This document shows, one piece after another, positions 59,078-64,000 of a DNA stretch of 64,000 nucleotides. The position numbers and the translations under genes were made by a program. The notes beneath the pieces are model-generated. The model made no database searches and was not told the origin of the DNA. It saw nothing but the letters and a program-made list of their open reading frames with translations. The stretch is from a virus. The stretch lies in IMG/VR virus record IMGVR_UViG_3300009085_000022, positions 38,177 through 102,176 of that record. One strand, written 5' to 3'. Positions within the stretch are counted from its first letter, which is position 1, and the number at the start of each line of letters is the position of its first letter.

Positions 59078-59518
59078 ATGATGACAGTAATTTTACATTG
59101 TTCTGATAGTTCATTTGGTAATGCAATTGAGATTAACAAATGGCACTTACAGAGAGGGTTCTCCTCAATAGGTTATCATTTTGTTATATTAAATGGTAAA
59201 CTTACTCCTACAAAATATAATAAATTTTTTGATGGGATTATAGAGACAGGAAGGCCTATAGACGATGATTCTACTCTTGAAACAGATGAAGTGGGAGCTC
59301 ATGCTTTAGGATGGAATGGTAAGAGTATAGGAGTATGTCTTATAGGACTTAGTGATACTTTTACAATCAAACAATATAAAGCAGTAAGGGAACTATTATT
59401 AAATCTAAAATCTATTTTTGGATCTTTAGATGTTAAACAACATTCTGATGTTGAACCAAAAAAACCATATTGTGCTGGATTTTCTAAAGCTCAAATGGAT
59501 ATATTTAAAAATCTTTAA
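59078..59518 (+). CDS. N-acetylmuramoyl-L-alanine amidase (T7 lysozyme-like endolysin)
   Basis: ILHCS, IGYHFVI, GRP, GAHALGWN, SIGVC, H, CAGF motifs. Confidence 0.9.
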   Translation: MMTVILHCSDSSFGNAIEINKWHLQRGFSSIGYHFVILNGKLTPTKYNKFFDGIIETGRPIDDDSTLETDEVGAHALGWNGKSIGVCLIGLSDTFTIKQYKAVRELLLNLKSIFGSLDVKQHSDVEPKKPYCAGFSKAQMDIFKNL

Positions 59519-59520
59519 TT

Positions 59521-60108
59521 ATGGCTGACACACTTAAAATATATATTCTTGAGGCAGATGATGCCGAATCTTTTAAATTATATGATCAATCAGATTGGGC
59601 TGCATTTTCAGATGTAAATGTAACAGCCGCTTCTCTTACTGTTGAATATAATGGAACAACCTATACCTATACTACTGGAACTGGTCTATTAGCTGACTTA
59701 GCTATGGACGGAACTTATATAAATCTTTGTGGTACATCTGCTAACTCATACTTTGAAGTTACACCAGATTTGTTACTATCTGGAACTACAGAATTAAATT
59801 CTACTTATTTCCCAGATGGATATTATGAGATTACTTTAGATATAACATATTCTGCAGTAGATAAATCAGACACATCAACTCAGGGATTTTTATCAGAAAC
59901 ATATTTAATGGCTGCTCAGCTACCATTACAAATAGATATGAATAATTTTAATTATGAAGAAAATAGATTACAATTTCTTTGTATAGCATTACTTCAATCT
60001 TGTAAATGGGCTGGAGAATTAGGCAGAGAAACTGAATTTACAACTTTTACAGATAAGGTAAATTCATTTTTAGATGCTAGAAGTATTAGTTCTATTTGGT
60101 CTACTTAA
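59521..60108 (+). CDS. Putative tail/ring structural protein
   Basis: FPDGYYEI motif; structural module context. Confidence 0.5.
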   Translation: MADTLKIYILEADDAESFKLYDQSDWAAFSDVNVTAASLTVEYNGTTYTYTTGTGLLADLAMDGTYINLCGTSANSYFEVTPDLLLSGTTELNSTYFPDGYYEITLDITYSAVDKSDTSTQGFLSETYLMAAQLPLQIDMNNFNYEENRLQFLCIALLQSCKWAGELGRETEFTTFTDKVNSFLDARSISSIWST

Positions 60109-60118
60109 ATAAAGCTAT

Positions 60119-60580
60119 ATGTCTGAAAGAAGCAGAAGGCCATCTAGTAATTATAGTTTAAAGGCTCCATTTATTAAAGGAACTAAGGGTGAAAAAGGGG
60201 ATAAAGGAGACTCTGGATCTCCCGGATATACTCCTATTAAAGGAGTTGATTATTTTGATGGATTGCCTGGTATAAATGGATTAGATGGATTAGATGGTGA
60301 GTCCGGCTATACTCCTATTAAAGGAATAGATTATTTCGATGGAGAACGAGGTGAACAGGGTGAAAAAGGAGATCCTTTTATTTATTCAGATTTTACATCT
60401 GAACAACTAGCCTCTTTAAAAGGTGAGCCAGGTGTGCAAGGCATTCAAGGCCTAGATGGTTCTGACGCCACAGTAACCAAAGAGGTGGTAGAAAGCGTCC
60501 TTACAGGAGAAGTAGATTCGCATTCTCACGCAGGAGGCAGTGGTTTAACACAATCACAAATATTAACACGACAACTATGA
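60119..60580 (+). CDS. Collagen-like repeat protein
   Basis: Gly-X-Y runs with duplicated GYTPIKG.DYFDG. Confidence 0.8.
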   Translation: MSERSRRPSSNYSLKAPFIKGTKGEKGDKGDSGSPGYTPIKGVDYFDGLPGINGLDGLDGESGYTPIKGIDYFDGERGEQGEKGDPFIYSDFTSEQLASLKGEPGVQGIQGLDGSDATVTKEVVESVLTGEVDSHSHAGGSGLTQSQILTRQL

Positions 60581-61425
60581 TAATTTTAAGTCAGACAACC
60601 GATAATCTACAGGTAGCTTTAGCGGGGAATATTACCGCCAATCAACTACAGTGTTCTACCTTCTGGAGGGACGTAACAGAGACAACCTATGTACCGGGTC
60701 GCACGGTTGCGGCAACAAACAACACAACAGATGTTAATATTGCTGCTGCTCCTGCTGAATCAACTCAGAGAATAATTGATCATATCTCTATCTACAATGC
60801 CGATACAGTAAACGCTACGGTAACAGTCAAATTGGATGCAAACGGTACCGAATACATTCTTTTCAAAGGGGTGATCGCAACGGGAGAGATGCTTCAGTAT
60901 AATGATAAGAATGGTTTTACCGTTATGACTATTGCCGGGGCTATCAAACAGGCTCAGATGATAGGGTCAAATAATGTGGCTATAAACGTGCTTAATACTG
61001 TTGTCTTATCTGAGAACGTGGTTAATAATAACGTAGCTGCAAATACGATGCAGGATGTTACCGGGCTTTCTTTTCCTGTTACTGCGGGAGAGGTTTACTG
61101 GTTTGAGTTCACTATTCCTTATTCATCAGCAGCAACAGGCACGGGGTCGAGGTGGTCAATCAACGGCCCTTCAATATCAAGGCTTAACTACCGGAGTGAA
61201 TACACACTAACAGCAACAACCACTACGGTCAACTCTGCTACGGCCTATGATATCCCGGCAGCGAATAACGCATCTTCACTCACAACAGGGAACGTAGCAA
61301 CTATTTGGGGTGTGGTTGTCCCTGCCGCTAATGGAACTGTGATAGCCCGTTTTGCTTCAGAGACATCAAATACCGCCATTACCGCTTTGGCGGGTGCAGT
61401 TTTAAGATGGATAAGAGTAATTTAA
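60577..61425 (+). CDS. Putative tail fibre-associated protein
   Basis: Thr/Ala/Asn-rich beta protein; less AT-rich than flanks. Confidence 0.55.
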   Translation: MIILSQTTDNLQVALAGNITANQLQCSTFWRDVTETTYVPGRTVAATNNTTDVNIAAAPAESTQRIIDHISIYNADTVNATVTVKLDANGTEYILFKGVIATGEMLQYNDKNGFTVMTIAGAIKQAQMIGSNNVAINVLNTVVLSENVVNNNVAANTMQDVTGLSFPVTAGEVYWFEFTIPYSSAATGTGSRWSINGPSISRLNYRSEYTLTATTTTVNSATAYDIPAANNASSLTTGNVATIWGVVVPAANGTVIARFASETSNTAITALAGAVLRWIRVI

Positions 61426-61436
61426 AATTATAAAAC

Positions 61437-61697
61437 ATGATTTGGACTAGTACAGATATAACTAATTTAATATTAGTAGCAAAAGATGCAGGAATTAATT
61501 TAACTACTTCTATTTGTAGAAAATTAGATTTAGGTAAATCTATAGATCAAGATATAGAATATTTATATTTTATATCTAATATCGTTTTTGGATTAGAAAA
61601 TGATGGCACAGATGTATTCACTGATGAGGATTATAGTCTTATGAGTGAATATATTAACAGAATTGCAAATCAAAGAAATAGATTTAGAGGACTTTAA
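61437..61697 (+). CDS. Hypothetical protein
   Basis: ORF in the structural module. Confidence 0.5.
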   Translation: MIWTSTDITNLILVAKDAGINLTTSICRKLDLGKSIDQDIEYLYFISNIVFGLENDGTDVFTDEDYSLMSEYINRIANQRNRFRGL

Positions 61698-63480
61698 TAT
61701 GTGTTTTAAGCATGGAAGATTAAGAGGAATAAAAAAAGTTCCTAGATTTAAAAGGCCTCCTAAATATGAAGAAGGAGATTTATATGACTATGATGGTAAT
61801 TTATACCATTATATTACTATTGGTAATCAGCAATGGATTGTAGAGAACTTTAAATGTGAGCATTATGCTGATGGAACTGCGATACCAATAATAACAGATA
61901 GTGGATTATGGGTGGCAGATGTTACGGGCGGAATGTGCTACTACAACAATGATTCAGCAACATATAAAAATATTTATGGTGCTTTATATAATCATTATGC
62001 AGTAACAAATACTAATGGTCTAGCTTATCTTGAACAAGACGGAGTACAATCTTTAGGTTGGAAAGTCCCTACTTATGCAGATTGGTTGAGACTACAAGCA
62101 GAGGTTACTGAGAATCCCGGCGGAGGGAAACTTAAAGAAATAGGCACAAACCATTGGAGTGCGCCTAATATAGGTGCTACAGATGAATATGGATTTACAG
62201 CAGTAGGCGCTGGTTTTAGACAAGAAGAGGGGATATTTCGTGATTTGAAATCGCAGAATTATTTATGGTCCTCAACAGAATATGAATATGCTGAAGATTT
62301 TGCATATCATGCAATATTAGAAAAAGGCAATGCACAATTGGCTGTAACTCCTGTTGCTCTTCAAAAAAACCTTGGAATGTCAATACGTTTAATGAGAGAT
62401 ATAGAAGACTTTGTTTATGATTATGATGGTAATGTCTATACTTATGTTACTATCGGCACACAGCAATGGATGGTAGAAAATTGGAGATGTGAACATTATG
62501 CGGACGGGACACCGATACCTAATTTAACAGAGTCATCGTACACTCAGTTCTTGCCATCATTGTTACTTTTACAGGAGGCATATAATAACTTAAAATTATT
62601 TGGAGTAGGGGGATTCTCTAATGCTATATATAGTAGTTCTTCTTCGTTTTATGAAGATTCCAACGATTCTATAAAGGCCATTGATTTTACAGACGGTAGT
62701 TTAGTCTATTCAAATAAAGCAGATGTTTTAAAAGTTCGTCCGTTTATGTCATTTACAGACTCTATTGGGGCTTATTCACTTAGAGATAATGGCCCTAATG
62801 GGGGGCTTATTTGTTACATTAATGGTACAACATATTACGAAGCAGCCGCAGCAGACATTGCCGACTCTGCATGGAGTAACTTAACAACAGATTATTTGGT
62901 TACAGAAGAGGCAATCTCTGATAGTCAAACCAATACACTTGCAATAATTAACCAAGTAGGACATACCAATAGTGCCGCATCTCTCTGTAATGCAATATTA
63001 TATGGAGGTTGGATTAACGACACCACAGGCGCAATGTGCTACTACGACAATGATGAAGCAACATATAAGAGTGATTACGGAGCATTATATAATTGGTATG
63101 CAGTAGATAACGCACATGGACTTGCACCTGCGGGGTGGAGAGTGCCGAGTGCGGCTGATTTTGTCGTTTTAAGAACAGCGTTAGGTGGGGCTGCCGTGGC
63201 CGGAGGAAGTATGAAGGAGATGGGATTATCTCGTTGGAACGCACCTAATGATGGTGCTACCAATATAAGTGGACTTACTATCGTTGGTTCCGCTGCAAGA
63301 GATCATAATATAGGGAGCTTTGGTTTATTAAAACAGTTTGCGTTTTTATGGACAAGCACAGCATCGTCGACGTCTCATGCAACCAATTATTACACAAGTT
63401 CCGTATCAGCTTCGTTATTTAACAATAATGATTATAAAAATTACGGCTTTTCCGTCCGCATGATGAGAGACGTTGTTTAA
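61645..63480 (+). CDS. Tandem Fib_succ_major (CLec-fold) domain protein, putative receptor-binding protein
   Basis: Two copies of DYDGN.Y..VTIG.QQW.VEN, YGALYN.YAV, GW.VP, G.S.R.MRD; real start may be near 61699. Confidence 0.85.
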   Translation: MNILTELQIKEIDLEDFNMCFKHGRLRGIKKVPRFKRPPKYEEGDLYDYDGNLYHYITIGNQQWIVENFKCEHYADGTAIPIITDSGLWVADVTGGMCYYNNDSATYKNIYGALYNHYAVTNTNGLAYLEQDGVQSLGWKVPTYADWLRLQAEVTENPGGGKLKEIGTNHWSAPNIGATDEYGFTAVGAGFRQEEGIFRDLKSQNYLWSSTEYEYAEDFAYHAILEKGNAQLAVTPVALQKNLGMSIRLMRDIEDFVYDYDGNVYTYVTIGTQQWMVENWRCEHYADGTPIPNLTESSYTQFLPSLLLLQEAYNNLKLFGVGGFSNAIYSSSSSFYEDSNDSIKAIDFTDGSLVYSNKADVLKVRPFMSFTDSIGAYSLRDNGPNGGLICYINGTTYYEAAAADIADSAWSNLTTDYLVTEEAISDSQTNTLAIINQVGHTNSAASLCNAILYGGWINDTTGAMCYYDNDEATYKSDYGALYNWYAVDNAHGLAPAGWRVPSAADFVVLRTALGGAAVAGGSMKEMGLSRWNAPNDGATNISGLTIVGSAARDHNIGSFGLLKQFAFLWTSTASSTSHATNYYTSSVSASLFNNNDYKNYGFSVRMMRDVV

Positions 63481-63536
63481 AAGATAGACTATGGCACGAG
63501 AGATATTTAATTTTAATTTATTTTATATTATATAAT

Positions 63537-64000
63537 ATGAATCTTGACTTTGAAACAGCAATGTCAGCTGCGGCTGAAGACCCGTCTGATTTTGTTACAT
63601 GGAGTGTTATAATAGAAGCTTTTGAAAATAAAGTATCTACCTCAAGAACAGTTAATGGTAATCTATTATCTTCGGATATTATATTATTATTAGCATCAGA
63701 TGATTTTGAAAATCAGGGAACTACTACTACATTATTACATGGTAATGCAACTGGTAATCCCTCTTGGGGTGCTGTAGTAACAAATGATATAACTAACTCA
63801 GCAGTAACATATGCTAAAATGCAATCTGTATCTACAACTAGTAGATTTTTAGGTAGAATAACTGCGGGTTCTGGAACAATAGAAGAATTAACTGGAACAC
63901 AAGCTACTTCATTATTAGATGTTTTTGCTACTACTTCTACAACAAAAGGGCTGGTTCCAGGATCTAATTCTGCAGGTACAAGTTACTTTTTAAGAGCGGA
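63537..64000 (+). CDS. Tail fibre-like protein (truncated by window)
   Basis: Open frame from ATG 63537 with RTVNG, VTYAKMQ, EELTGTQA, KGLVP, FLRA motifs. Confidence 0.7.
   Translation, partial: MNLDFETAMSAAAEDPSDFVTWSVIIEAFENKVSTSRTVNGNLLSSDIILLLASDDFENQGTTTTLLHGNATGNPSWGAVVTNDITNSAVTYAKMQSVSTTSRFLGRITAGSGTIEELTGTQATSLLDVFATTSTTKGLVPGSNSAGTSYFLRA

Larger units (their letters stand above)
1..64000. other. Segment of a crAss-like (Crassvirales-type) bacteriophage genome, probable Bacteroidota host
   Basis: TerL-portal-acidic scaffold-like-MCP gene order with typical sizes; divergent replication block (PolA, DnaB, AAA ATPase, primase); no integrase seen; Bacteroidota sigma promoters; A-rich translation starts without Shine-Dalgarno. 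Confidence 0.85.

Noticed and set aside
39403-63263. Minus-strand ORFs at 39403, 40122, 41728, 45645, 46932, 50680, 51718, 52480, 58816, 58839, 63014, 63075 and the nested plus ORF at 52370
   Set aside because: They are antisense or out-of-frame overlaps of supported genes or regulatory regions and carry no motifs.
1-64000. Stop-codon reassignment (TAG/TGA recoding known in some crAss-like phages)
   Set aside because: Long genes are intact in the standard code, TAG and TGA end genes at normal boundaries, and no full suppressor tRNA was found.

Overview
AT-rich segment of a large lytic tailed dsDNA phage with crAss-like (Crassvirales-type) gene content and order. Six Bacteroidota-type promoters (TTTG-N19/20-TAnnTTTG) point to a Bacteroidota host. 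Bases ~200-38,630 are a minus-strand block: early small and membrane genes; DnaB, AAA ATPase, primase, family A DNA polymerase, UDG and class II RNR; a phiEco32-like amidoligase/ATP-grasp/glutamine-amidotransferase cluster; and 7 tRNAs. After a non-coding strand switch, ~38,940-64,000 is a plus-strand block: RusA, HNH, nucleotide-pool enzymes, GroES- and Hsp20-like chaperones, terminase, portal, major capsid, other virion proteins, an amidase and fibre proteins. The most striking element is at 30,772-32,978. A TROVE/DUF2828-like vWA protein gene is followed directly by a tandem array of six small RNA-like units. The units share a closing stem with compensatory changes and a CAGCAA motif, but carry different cargoes. 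Four cargoes are clearly tRNA-derived: bare anticodon stem-loops for Ser(GCU), Gln(UUG) and Lys(UUU), and a circularly permuted tRNA-Phe. This is a candidate Ro60/Y-RNA-like tRNA-mimic system, possibly a decoy against anticodon nucleases. All calls come from reading motifs by eye; no database searches were run.
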